Below are positions 8,571-17,015 of a stretch of DNA of 31,422 bases, in pieces. Within the stretch, counting starts at the first letter, position 1, and each line of letters opens with the position of its first letter. The stretch is from a virus. The notes beneath the pieces were generated by a model. That model did no database searches. It had not been told where the DNA came from and saw only the letters and a program-made list of their open reading frames with translations. The position numbers were made by a program, and so were the translations under genes. The stretch is from positions 1 through 31,422 of the IMG/VR virus record IMGVR_UViG_3300017978_000047; one strand, 5' to 3'.

Positions 8571-8900
8571 ATGATAATCTTAAAAGAACAAGAAGCTGCA
8601 CAAGTTTTAAAATTCATACCACGTAGTTATGGAGCAGATACTATTGTATTAAGAAACGAAACTACCAATGAAGTACAGACTATTTCTGCATCATTTGCTT
8701 TAGATAAATATTATTTGACAACTACTACTGCTTTTGATTTATTGCAGAATACATTTTATAATTTAACTATCAAAAATGGTGCTGAAGTAGTTTACAAAGA
8801 TAAAGTGTTTTGTACTAATCAAAATATAGTTAACTATACAGTCAACAAAGATGAATACGTAGCAAACGCTACAAATAACGATTTTATAATTTATGAGTAA
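8571..8900 (+). CDS. hypothetical protein (head module)
   Basis: 109-aa ORF with an A-rich leader. It overlaps the portal gene start by 8 nt. Confidence 0.7.
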   Translation: MIILKEQEAAQVLKFIPRSYGADTIVLRNETTNEVQTISASFALDKYYLTTTTAFDLLQNTFYNLTIKNGAEVVYKDKVFCTNQNIVNYTVNKDEYVANATNNDFIIYE

Positions 8901-10680
8901 TATATCAATTGTAAATTTAAGTGCTTATACAAGCCCTGTAATTCAAGAAAACAAGAAGTCAGACTACATTGAGTATGGAGTAGATAATAACTACTTTCAA
9001 TACTTAATAGATAGGTATTTATATTCAGCTACAAACAATGCTATTATCACTGGTGTAACCAATATGATTTATGGTAAAGGATTGGATGCATTAGATTCTA
9101 ATCGTAAACCTAATGAATATGCACAGATGCGTAGTATTATTAAAGGTGATATGTTAAAGAAGGTAGCTATGGAGCGTAAAATGCTTGGAATGGGTGCAAT
9201 GCAAGTTGTAATGGAAAAAGGCAAAGTTAAATCTATTGACCATTTCCCAATGAATACATTAAGAGCAGAAAAGTGTAATGATAAAGGAGAAATTGAAGCT
9301 TGGTACTATTACCCTGATTGGACTAAAAAGAAGCCTTCTGAAAAAGCTAAAAGAATTCCTGCATTTGGATTCGGAAATGGTAATGAAGTTGAAATGTATG
9401 TGGTACATCCTTATGTTAGTGGATTTCATTATTACACACCTATTGATTATTCAGGTGCTTTACCTTATGCTAAATTAGAAGAAGAAATTAGTGATTACTT
9501 GATTAATGATGTTCAAAACGGATTTTCAGGAACTAAAGTAATCAACTTTAACAATGGTATTCCTTCTGAAGAAATGCGTGACCAGATCAAGCGTGATGTA
9601 TTAGGTAAATTAACAGGTTCAAGAGGTGAAAAAGTAATTGTTGCTTTTAACGCTAATGCAGAATCTAAAACTACTGTAGAAGATATACCTTTAAATGATG
9701 CTCCTGCACATTATGAATATTTAAGTACTGAATGTTTTGAAAAGTTAATTGTAGGGCATAGAGTTACTTCGCCAATGCTTTTGGGTATTCGTGATACAGG
9801 TGGTGGATTAGGTAACAATGCAGATGAAATTAAAACTGCTACTTTGTTATTTGACAATATTGTAATTAAACCTTACCAATTGGAATTGATTAATGCTATT
9901 GATGAAATTTTAGCAGTAAATGATATTAGCTTAAAATTATACTTCAAAACTATTCAACCTTTAGAATTTGTAGATACTTCAGGAATGAATGCTGAAACTG
10001 CTGAAGAAGAAACTGGTGTAAAGATGAGTTCTGAAAAAATTTGTTGTTCAAGCGACAAAGATTTTACAGATGAAGAAGGTAATAGAATGTTAGATTATTT
10101 AGAAGGTGAAAATATAGATGAAGAATGGGAATTGGTAGATAAAAGACAATATTCAGATTCAAATGAAAGTATTGAAGAATGGGCTAATTCTAAAATAAAC
10201 AAAAAAGAAAATTTATTTCAAAAATTAGCTGGTGTTGTTAAATCTAATTCTTCTGCTAAAAGCTATTTAGATAAAGATACTTACAAAGTAAGATATGAAT
10301 ATTCTGAAATTAACGGAACTGATAGAGATAAATCACGTGATTTTTGTAAACAAATGATGGGTAGAACTGAAAGAGGTGTTGTTTATAGAAAAGAAGATAT
10401 AGACCAAGCAAGTTTTGCAGGTGTTAATAATGAATTTGGACACAATAAACAAAATTATTCTTTATGGTTATACGCTGGTGGGGTTTATTGTCACCATTTT
10501 TGGAATGAAAATCTTTACAGATTAAAAACTAAAACAGATGGACAACCTTATGTAGATAAATCTTTAGCATCAAGCGAAGAAGTTAGTTCTATTTCAGGTT
10601 ACAATCCTAATCCAAGTGGTTTAGCTACAGCACAAACTGCACCAATTAATAGAGCAGGTAGAGGTGAATACCCAAGTTAA
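8893..10680 (+). CDS. portal protein with a C-terminal MuF/SPP1 gp7-like Cys/His-containing domain (candidate fusion)
   Basis: 595 aa, the only large non-tail protein in the head module. An acidic linker lies around aa 365..420 (ETAEEETGVKMSSEKICCSSDKDFTDEEG). The C-terminal part (RDFCKQMMGRTERGVVYRKEDI...GGVYCHHFWN) resembles the conserved core of phage head-morphogenesis MuF-type proteins. Confidence 0.55.
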   Translation: MSNISIVNLSAYTSPVIQENKKSDYIEYGVDNNYFQYLIDRYLYSATNNAIITGVTNMIYGKGLDALDSNRKPNEYAQMRSIIKGDMLKKVAMERKMLGMGAMQVVMEKGKVKSIDHFPMNTLRAEKCNDKGEIEAWYYYPDWTKKKPSEKAKRIPAFGFGNGNEVEMYVVHPYVSGFHYYTPIDYSGALPYAKLEEEISDYLINDVQNGFSGTKVINFNNGIPSEEMRDQIKRDVLGKLTGSRGEKVIVAFNANAESKTTVEDIPLNDAPAHYEYLSTECFEKLIVGHRVTSPMLLGIRDTGGGLGNNADEIKTATLLFDNIVIKPYQLELINAIDEILAVNDISLKLYFKTIQPLEFVDTSGMNAETAEEETGVKMSSEKICCSSDKDFTDEEGNRMLDYLEGENIDEEWELVDKRQYSDSNESIEEWANSKINKKENLFQKLAGVVKSNSSAKSYLDKDTYKVRYEYSEINGTDRDKSRDFCKQMMGRTERGVVYRKEDIDQASFAGVNNEFGHNKQNYSLWLYAGGVYCHHFWNENLYRLKTKTDGQPYVDKSLASSEEVSSISGYNPNPSGLATAQTAPINRAGRGEYPS

Positions 10681-10697
10681 TAAATTATAAAAAAGAT

Positions 10698-11198
10698 ATG
10701 GCACAAGCATTATTTGTCACAAGAGAAGATATAGTAAAATTTACAGCAATGAATGGAAACGTTGACACGGATAAATTCATTCAATTTGTAAAGATTGCAC
10801 AAGATATACATATTCAAAACTATTTAGGTTCAAAGCTGTTTAATAAAATAAACGATGCAATTGTAGCGGGTACTTTAGCAAGTCCATATACAACGCTTTT
10901 AAGCCAATATATTAAGCCAATGGTAATACACTTCGCTATGGTAGAGTATTTGCCTTTTGCGGCTTATACAATAGCTAATAAAGGTGTATTTAAACATAAT
11001 AGTGAGAATAGCACAAACGTAGAAAAGAATGAAGTAGATTTCTTGATTGAAAAAGAAAGAGATATTGCACAACACTACACAAATAGGTTTATAGATTATA
11101 TGAGTTATAATCAAGCATTATATCCTGAATATAATACTAATTCAAATGGTGATATGTTCCCTGATTCAGAAGCAAATTTTATAGGATGGGTAATATAA
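10698..11198 (+). CDS. putative head-tail connector/adaptor protein
   Basis: 166 aa. The N-terminal pattern VTREDIVKFTAMNGNVDTDKFIQFVKIAQDIHIQNYLG resembles gp6-like head-tail connector proteins. It follows the portal gene. Confidence 0.35.
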   Translation: MAQALFVTREDIVKFTAMNGNVDTDKFIQFVKIAQDIHIQNYLGSKLFNKINDAIVAGTLASPYTTLLSQYIKPMVIHFAMVEYLPFAAYTIANKGVFKHNSENSTNVEKNEVDFLIEKERDIAQHYTNRFIDYMSYNQALYPEYNTNSNGDMFPDSEANFIGWVI

Positions 11199-11224
11199 AA
11201 GAAACTTACAAACCAAAACAAACT

Positions 11225-11237
11225 AACGTAAAGAAGT
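11225..11237 (+). promoter_or_regulatory. candidate late-gene box AACGTAAAGAAGT
   Basis: Second match to the AACG[TA]A[TA]AGA[TA][GT]T pattern. It is intergenic, 35 nt upstream of the ATG at 11272. Confidence 0.2.
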
Positions 11238-11271
11238 TAGAGTTATTTTTAAATAAAATAAAAGATAAAAA

Positions 11272-11610
11272 ATGAGTTTACAATTTACACATATAAAAGG
11301 GGACACTTTTGATGAGGTTGCTTTTCAATTAAAGATTAACGATACAGTTGTTAATTTAACAGGTGCAACTATTAAAATGCAGTTACGCAAATGTTATTCA
11401 GATACTGCTGCTGCTTTATCTCTTACTTCAGTTTCTTCTGCAGGTATTACTATTACAAATGCCACAAATGGAGAATTTAAAATTAACACACAAATTATAG
11501 ACATTCCTGTTTACAATTATGTTTATGACATACAAATTACTTTAGCGAGTGGAGTAGTTAAAACGTATGTACAAGGTGGGTTCAATATTACTAACGAAGT
11601 AACAAGATAA
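11272..11610 (+). CDS. hypothetical beta-rich structural protein
   Basis: 112-aa ORF directly upstream of the tail fibre gene. Its alternating beta-type pattern (VNLTGATIKMQL...GITITNATNGEFKI) suggests an Ig-like fold. Confidence 0.65.
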   Translation: MSLQFTHIKGDTFDEVAFQLKINDTVVNLTGATIKMQLRKCYSDTAAALSLTSVSSAGITITNATNGEFKINTQIIDIPVYNYVYDIQITLASGVVKTYVQGGFNITNEVTR

Positions 11611-11614
11611 AAAA

Positions 11615-14164
11615 ATGGGTGATGATATTACTATTGGTGTAACTGAAATTGTAAACAATATTGAAGTTACTGCACAACCAAACGACCAAATCGTAGATAT
11701 TAGTGTAATTGACAATACAGATGAAGTTACTTTAAACATAACACCTACTGTAATTGAAATCAATGTAAATAAAGGTTCTTCTTTTGCTAAATGGGGTGAC
11801 ATATTAGGCACACTATCAGACCAAGAAGATTTACAAGATGCTTTAGATTTAAAAGCTGATTTAGTTGATGGTAAAGTACCTTCTTCACAATTACCTTCTT
11901 ACGTTGATGATGTTATTGAAGTAGCTAATTACGCTGCTTTACCTGTTACAGGTGAGTCAGGAAAGATATATATCACTATTGATAACAATCATATCTTTAG
12001 ATGGACAGGTTCTATTTATGTAGAAATTACGGATAATACTGCAGTTTGGGGTGCAATTACGGGAACATTAAGTTCACAGACTGATTTAGTTACTGCTTTA
12101 AATTTAAGAGTACCTTATACGGGTGCTACAGGTGATGTTAATTTAGGAACATACGATATTAAAGCACAAAAGTATTGGATGTTAGATGAAGTAAATTCTA
12201 ACTATGGTTCAATGCACTTTACTGATGGTAATTATCATATTGAAGATGCTGATGGTCACAAGTTATTTGTTATTGAGGATGGATTTATGCAATTACATAA
12301 AACCGATACAATACAATCAAACCTATATACAAGTAATTTAACTGCAGTTCGAGACCATTATTTGCCTGATGCAAGTGGTACTTTGGCTTTAGATGAAAAT
12401 GTAGTACATAAAACGGGTGATGAAACTATTAGTGGTAGAAAGACTTTTAATAGTACTACCGACATTGGTATTCGTTCTAATATTAGCGGAAATGGATATG
12501 GTATTTATTCAGAAAATAGTTCTAATGGTATTTCTTTTTATGTAGCTAATAATGGTTCAGGAAAAGCATTTAGTGTATCTAACACACTTGGCTCTTTTGG
12601 TAATATGTATGAAGGTTCTTATAATGGAACTTCTAATTTTGCGGTTAATTATTTAGGTGAAATTACTGCAAGTAAATTTATTAAATCAGGTGGTACTGCT
12701 TTTGAATTCTTAAAAGCTAATGGTGATGTAGATAGCAACATATATTTCAAAGGTTCTGTTACTGCGGGGTATCTTCCAAAAAGTTTATATCCATCAAGTG
12801 GGGATTTCACTACGAGTTTAATTTATGACGATGGTACAAATATAGGAATTGGCACAACAAGTCCGAGTGGATTGCTTCATTTGCAAGGAAATTCAACAAG
12901 CCCTATCACACAAATAATTGACAATTTAAATGCGGGAACTTCAGCAGGAACAAGAATTTCATTTAGATATCAAGGAACTGAAACAGCGTATATTTATAAT
13001 AGATTTAATGGTGGGGATTTTAATACAGATATAGGTTCTGCTGATTATTTAAGAATATTAACAGCGGGTTCTGAAAAGATGCGTATTTTAACAAATGGCA
13101 ACGTAGGTATCGGTACAACAAATCCAAGTGAAAAATTAACGTTAACAAATGGTAAGTTATTTTTAACAGAAGCAGACCCTACTATTGGTGGTAAAATATA
13201 TGGTTATAATGATACTTCTACTGATTTGTATGGAGGTGGATTAAAATTCCAATCAAGATATTATGATGGTGCTAATTATGTTTATGCTGATAGATTAACT
13301 ATAAAAGGAAGCGGTAACGTAGGTATCGGAACAACAAGTCCGAGTGCTAAATTAGATGTTAATGGAATATTTAGGAGCATTGTAACAAGTATTAGTTCAA
13401 CAGGTGAAATTTCAGCAAAAATATTAGGTTATCCAACAAGTCCTTTCGGTTTAATTTTTAGAAGTTATTCTTCAGGAGCAACTTCTATTCAATCACAAAG
13501 AGAAGCTAATGATTCAGAATTTTTTTCATTATCATTGCAACCTAATGGTGGCAACGTTGGAATTGGCACAACAAGTCCTTCGACAATATGTCATTTATAT
13601 AAAGCATCTTTTCCAATATTAACTATTCAAAGTAGTTCTTATCAATCATCTTTGGGTATTGACACTACATCGGGTAATTTAGTTTTAAACAATGAAAGTA
13701 ACGCTCCTTTAAGTTTTAATACAAATGCTACAGAACGTATGCGTATCACTTCAGGTGGTAATGTTGGTATTGGAACTACAAGTCCTTCATTTCAATTACA
13801 ATTATCAAATGATTCAGCAGCTAAACCGGGTTCTCCATTATGGACAGTATCTTCTGATATTAGAATAAAAGAAAATGTAAGACCTTATACAGATGGTTTA
13901 GAAAAGTTAATGCAAGTTAATCCTGTTTACTATGATTATAATGGTAAAGCAGGGTTTTCAATAACTAAAGATAACGTAGGTATAATTGCTCAAGAAATGC
14001 AAGAAGTATTACCTAATACTATAAAGACATTTAAAGCTAAACTTAACGATGATGATGAGGAAGAAACAGAACTATTAAGTTTTAATGCAAATGAAATTAT
14101 ATACGTTCTTATAAATTCAGTAAAAGAACTAAAAGCAGAAATAGAAATTTTAAAAAATAAATAA
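11615..14164 (+). CDS. tail fibre protein with C-terminal intramolecular chaperone (peptidase S74) domain
   Basis: 849 aa with five in-frame copies of GN(V/I)GIGTT(S/N)PS. The C-terminus (SSDIRIKENVRPYTDGLEKLMQVNPVYYDYN...VGIIAQEMQEVLPNTI...ELKAEIEILK) is the signature of the endosialidase-type auto-cleaving chaperone domain. Confidence 0.85.
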   Translation: MGDDITIGVTEIVNNIEVTAQPNDQIVDISVIDNTDEVTLNITPTVIEINVNKGSSFAKWGDILGTLSDQEDLQDALDLKADLVDGKVPSSQLPSYVDDVIEVANYAALPVTGESGKIYITIDNNHIFRWTGSIYVEITDNTAVWGAITGTLSSQTDLVTALNLRVPYTGATGDVNLGTYDIKAQKYWMLDEVNSNYGSMHFTDGNYHIEDADGHKLFVIEDGFMQLHKTDTIQSNLYTSNLTAVRDHYLPDASGTLALDENVVHKTGDETISGRKTFNSTTDIGIRSNISGNGYGIYSENSSNGISFYVANNGSGKAFSVSNTLGSFGNMYEGSYNGTSNFAVNYLGEITASKFIKSGGTAFEFLKANGDVDSNIYFKGSVTAGYLPKSLYPSSGDFTTSLIYDDGTNIGIGTTSPSGLLHLQGNSTSPITQIIDNLNAGTSAGTRISFRYQGTETAYIYNRFNGGDFNTDIGSADYLRILTAGSEKMRILTNGNVGIGTTNPSEKLTLTNGKLFLTEADPTIGGKIYGYNDTSTDLYGGGLKFQSRYYDGANYVYADRLTIKGSGNVGIGTTSPSAKLDVNGIFRSIVTSISSTGEISAKILGYPTSPFGLIFRSYSSGATSIQSQREANDSEFFSLSLQPNGGNVGIGTTSPSTICHLYKASFPILTIQSSSYQSSLGIDTTSGNLVLNNESNAPLSFNTNATERMRITSGGNVGIGTTSPSFQLQLSNDSAAKPGSPLWTVSSDIRIKENVRPYTDGLEKLMQVNPVYYDYNGKAGFSITKDNVGIIAQEMQEVLPNTIKTFKAKLNDDDEEETELLSFNANEIIYVLINSVKELKAEIEILKNK
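12833..13789 (+). repeat. five tandemly spaced coding repeats inside the tail fibre gene
   Basis: Motif starts are at 12833, 13097, 13313, 13550 and 13757, all in frame and spaced 207..264 nt. Each encodes G(T/N)N(I/V)GIGTT(S/N)PS followed by xKLxL/V-type residues. Confidence 0.85.
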
Positions 14165-14165
14165 T

Positions 14166-14483
14166 ATGACAGAATTTAAGTGGATAATTTCAGCAATGCA
14201 ATGTATCAAAAATGATGGTGATTTACAAGACGTAGTAATAACAATTCATTGGCGTTATGCTGCGGAAAAAGATGGTGTTTATACAGATATGTATGGAGCA
14301 ACTTCTATGCCTTTGCCTACAGGTGAAGATTTTACACCTTATGAGGAATTAACTAAAGACCAAGTATGTGGATGGTTAGAAGCTACATTAGATGTACCTG
14401 CAATGGAAGAAAATTTAGACAAGCAATTGGACTTGATAATTAACCCCGTTAATGTAACATTACAACCCCCATTTGAAAACTAA
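14166..14483 (+). CDS. hypothetical protein downstream of the tail fibre gene
   Basis: 105-aa ORF starting 2 nt after the fibre stop. Confidence 0.7.
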   Translation: MTEFKWIISAMQCIKNDGDLQDVVITIHWRYAAEKDGVYTDMYGATSMPLPTGEDFTPYEELTKDQVCGWLEATLDVPAMEENLDKQLDLIINPVNVTLQPPFEN

Positions 14484-14537
14484 AAACAAAAGTAACATTA
14501 TGTTATTTTTAAGTAAATCAAATAAAAACAAACAATT

Positions 14538-14681
14538 ATGGAAACTAAACAAGCAATTGAAATTTTAGTACAAGTAGCACATTTAGCACAAAAAGGTGGT
14601 TTATTACAATTACAAGATGCAGTAGCAGTAGCACAAGCTATTAATGCTTTAGCACCTAAAGAAGAAGTAATAGAAGAATAA
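14538..14681 (+). CDS. small hypothetical protein (47 aa)
   Basis: METKQAIEILVQVAHLAQKGGLLQLQDAVAVAQAINALAPKEEVIEE. It has an ATG with an A-rich leader and fills the gap between 14483 and the holin gene. It looks helical and is below the ORF-track cutoff. Confidence 0.5.
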   Translation: METKQAIEILVQVAHLAQKGGLLQLQDAVAVAQAINALAPKEEVIEE

Positions 14682-14691
14682 CAAATTTAGA

Positions 14692-15126
14692 ATGAAATAC
14701 ATTAATTATTTTTTTGCTTCATTAATTTTATTATTTGTACCTATCTACGGTTTATTAATAGCCGTAGGTAGTGCAATAATTTTAGATACTTTCACAGGTA
14801 TATTTAAAAGCATAAAACTTGAAGGGTTACAATCAATAAGAAGTAGAAAATTAAGCAATGTAATTTCTAAAATGGCATTATACGAAATATGTATAATCTT
14901 TTTATTCTTAATTGACAAATTCGTTTTAAATGAATTCGTAAAACACGCTTTTGGTTTTGACTTTATGTTTACCAAGATTTGTGCTATACTATTAATCTTT
15001 GTTGAATTAGTATCTATTAAAGAAAACATTGAAGCTTCATTTAAAGTTGATATTTGGCAGTTATTAAAAACAGCATTTAACAGGGCTAAAGAAATAAAAG
15101 CAGACTTCAATGAAATTAAGCGATAA
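14692..15126 (+). CDS. holin
   Basis: 144 aa with 3-4 hydrophobic helices. It carries the ILDTFTG and FVELVSIKENI motifs typical of the phage_holin_4 / toxin-secretion holin family. It overlaps the endolysin start by 17 nt. Confidence 0.75.
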   Translation: MKYINYFFASLILLFVPIYGLLIAVGSAIILDTFTGIFKSIKLEGLQSIRSRKLSNVISKMALYEICIIFLFLIDKFVLNEFVKHAFGFDFMFTKICAILLIFVELVSIKENIEASFKVDIWQLLKTAFNRAKEIKADFNEIKR

Positions 15127-15559
15127 AGGTTACGAGTTAATAAAAAAGTTTGAAGGATATAGTGACAGACCTTACAAATGTCCTGCAGGAATATCTACAA
15201 TCGGGTATGGTAATACTTACTACCCAAACGGAACTAAAGTTAAAATAACAGACAAACAAATTACAAGAGAATACGCTAATGAAATATTAGCACATACTGC
15301 TGATGGTTTTGCTGAAGATGTATTAAAACTTGTAACTTCAAAAATAACTGTAAACCAGTTAAACGCATTAACTTCTTTTGCGTATAATGTGGGTGTATTC
15401 AATTTACAAAAATCTACTTTGTTAAAATTGGTAAACATCAACCCAAATGATGGTAATATAGCTAAAGAGTTTTTAAAGTGGAATAAAGCTGCTGGTAAAG
15501 TTTTAAATGGTTTAACAAATAGACGCATTGCTGAATCAGCATTATACTTTACCAAATGA
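15110..15559 (+). CDS. endolysin, GH24 (T4-type) lysozyme
   Basis: KFEGYSDRPYKCPAGISTIGYGNTYY contains the catalytic Glu/Asp/Thr arrangement of the Phage_lysozyme family. It also has FAYNVG and a C-terminal GLTNRR. Confidence 0.9.
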   Translation: MKLSDKGYELIKKFEGYSDRPYKCPAGISTIGYGNTYYPNGTKVKITDKQITREYANEILAHTADGFAEDVLKLVTSKITVNQLNALTSFAYNVGVFNLQKSTLLKLVNINPNDGNIAKEFLKWNKAAGKVLNGLTNRRIAESALYFTK

Positions 15560-16008
15560 AATATTTAGTTTTACTATTATTAATTACTTCTTGTGCTTCA
15601 AGAAAAGTAGATGTATCTAAAACAGATATAAAAACCAATACAGATTTTACAGCTATCACAAAAACAGATAGCACTTCAATTATAAACAAAAATGTTTATT
15701 TTACTGAAAACACTACAGAATTAGAAATTAAACCATTGAATGATAGTTTACCTATTGTAATAGATGGTACAAGCTATTTTAACGCTGTTTTAAAGTATAA
15801 AAAGCAAAACAAAGTATTAGTAGATACAAGTAAGATAATAGTGTCTAAAAAGGTATTGAAAAAAGTTTCCAGATCAAAGCAAGAAACTAAAAATATAAAA
15901 GAAAAGCACATAGATAAAAAAGTAAACAATTTTGTTTATTTATGGCTTCTACTTATTCCAGTAGGAATGTATCTGTATCGTCAATTAAAAAATAAATTAT
16001 TTCTGTAA
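15556..16008 (+). CDS. unimolecular spanin candidate (outer-membrane lipoprotein signal plus C-terminal transmembrane helix)
   Basis: The N-terminus MKYLVLLLLITSCASRK has a lipobox (ITS|C). The C-terminus FVYLWLLLIPVGMYLYRQL is a single TM helix. There is an ATGA overlap with the endolysin stop. Confidence 0.6.
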   Translation: MKYLVLLLLITSCASRKVDVSKTDIKTNTDFTAITKTDSTSIINKNVYFTENTTELEIKPLNDSLPIVIDGTSYFNAVLKYKKQNKVLVDTSKIIVSKKVLKKVSRSKQETKNIKEKHIDKKVNNFVYLWLLLIPVGMYLYRQLKNKLFL

Positions 16009-16145
16009 TGGCTAAAAAACAAACCGAAGTATCTGCTAAATTAGATGTTAAAATATCAAGACCTTGTGTACATTCAAAGTCTAAAACTTCTTCACTTAAA
16101 AGCAGTAAAAACTATAAAAAGAAATACGCAGGTCAGGGTAGATAA
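16008..16145 (+). CDS. small highly basic hypothetical peptide (45 aa)
   Basis: MAKKQTEVSAKLDVKISRPCVHSKSKTSSLKSSKNYKKKYAGQGR. Its ATG overlaps the spanin stop (TAATG). It is the last ORF before the 223-nt non-coding boundary region. Confidence 0.35.
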   Translation: MAKKQTEVSAKLDVKISRPCVHSKSKTSSLKSSKNYKKKYAGQGR

Positions 16146-16368
16146 GTTTGCATAATTCGCCTTGTTGTAATTCTTTGTTCTTGTTTACTTATTTAGTTGT
16201 ATTTCAAATCTTATTTTGATTTTGTCTATTTATTTAATTCTTTATTTAAAAATTAAAATGTTTAAGTTTTGAGAACAAGGCAAAGTTAGTTGTTTTTTTT
16301 GACATAGTAAATAGATAAAAACTCAAAGTTATTTACAAATTGTTAATATCTATTAATTACATTTGAAT

Positions 16369-16755
16369 ATGGAAAAGAAACCTAAAAAACCTACACGTAC
16401 TTCTATAGTTAAAAAGCTTGATGCGGTATTTAGTATATATATAAGACGTAGATATGCGGTGAATGATATATCTAAATGTGTTACCTGTGGTAAAGAAGAC
16501 CACTGGAAGAGTTTGCAATGCGGACACTTTATGTCACGTAAGCATATGTCTACAAGATGGAATGAAGACAATTGCCAAGTTCAATGTGCAGGATGCAACG
16601 TATTCCGATATGGTGAGCAATATATATTTAGTCAATATCTTGGTGATAAACTATCTCAAGAACTATACGTTAAATCAAAAGAAACTTGTAAATTTACCGA
16701 TGTAGAATTGCAAGAACTAATTAAACACTACACACATCAAATAAGTCTTTTCTGA
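16369..16755 (+). CDS. ninG: NinG/Rap-like recombination endonuclease
   Basis: LDAVFSIYIRRRY...CVTCG...LQCGHFMSRKHMSTRWNEDNCQVQCAGCNVFRYGEQ matches the lambda NinG family pattern. I prefer the ATG at 16369, because the track start at 16363 is a TTG. Confidence 0.65.
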   Translation: MEKKPKKPTRTSIVKKLDAVFSIYIRRRYAVNDISKCVTCGKEDHWKSLQCGHFMSRKHMSTRWNEDNCQVQCAGCNVFRYGEQYIFSQYLGDKLSQELYVKSKETCKFTDVELQELIKHYTHQISLF

Positions 16756-16786
16756 TTTCTCTTTATAATTTGGTTAATGTTAAATT

Positions 16787-16815
16787 GGGCTACTTTAAAC
16801 GGTAGCCCTTTTTTT
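16787..16815 (+). terminator. rho-independent terminator
   Basis: A perfect 7-bp stem, GGGCTAC (16787..16793) pairing with GTAGCCC (16802..16808), with an 8-nt loop, followed by T7. Confidence 0.8.
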
Positions 16816-16877
16816 GGCAAAAGTGTTAAATTTTTGTTAAAAAAAATTAAGATAGTATTTTATCTAAAATGAATTTA

Positions 16878-16885
16878 TACATTTG
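16878..16885 (+). promoter_or_regulatory. Bacteroidota-type -7 promoter box TACATTTG
   Basis: Matches TAnnTTTG and shares the extended ATTTGCT with the boxes at 24029 and 29057. It follows a terminator and lies 28 nt upstream of the ATG at 16914. Confidence 0.5.
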
Positions 16886-16913
16886 CTTCATCAAACAATA
16901 ACAAATAGAAATT

Positions 16914-17015
16914 ATGAAAGCAATCAAAACATTTTTAACAAAAGCAAATTACCAGATCTTATTCGCACAAGCTTTAGCCTTGTATTTTTTAATCCAAATA
17001 ATTTTAAGATACTAA
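16914..17015 (+). CDS. small hydrophobic hypothetical peptide (33 aa)
   Basis: MKAIKTFLTKANYQILFAQALALYFLIQIILRY. It is the first ATG after the promoter box, and its stop overlaps the next ATG (TAATG at 17013..17017). Confidence 0.35.
   Translation: MKAIKTFLTKANYQILFAQALALYFLIQIILRY

Noticed and set aside
16358-16365. TACATTTG box matching the TAnnTTTG promoter consensus just before the NinG gene
   Set aside because: It ends only 3 nt before the ATG at 16369, so transcription initiated from it would start inside or beyond the start codon. It is probably a chance match in T-rich sequence, unless the mRNA is leaderless with a downstream start, which the conserved NinG N-terminus argues against.
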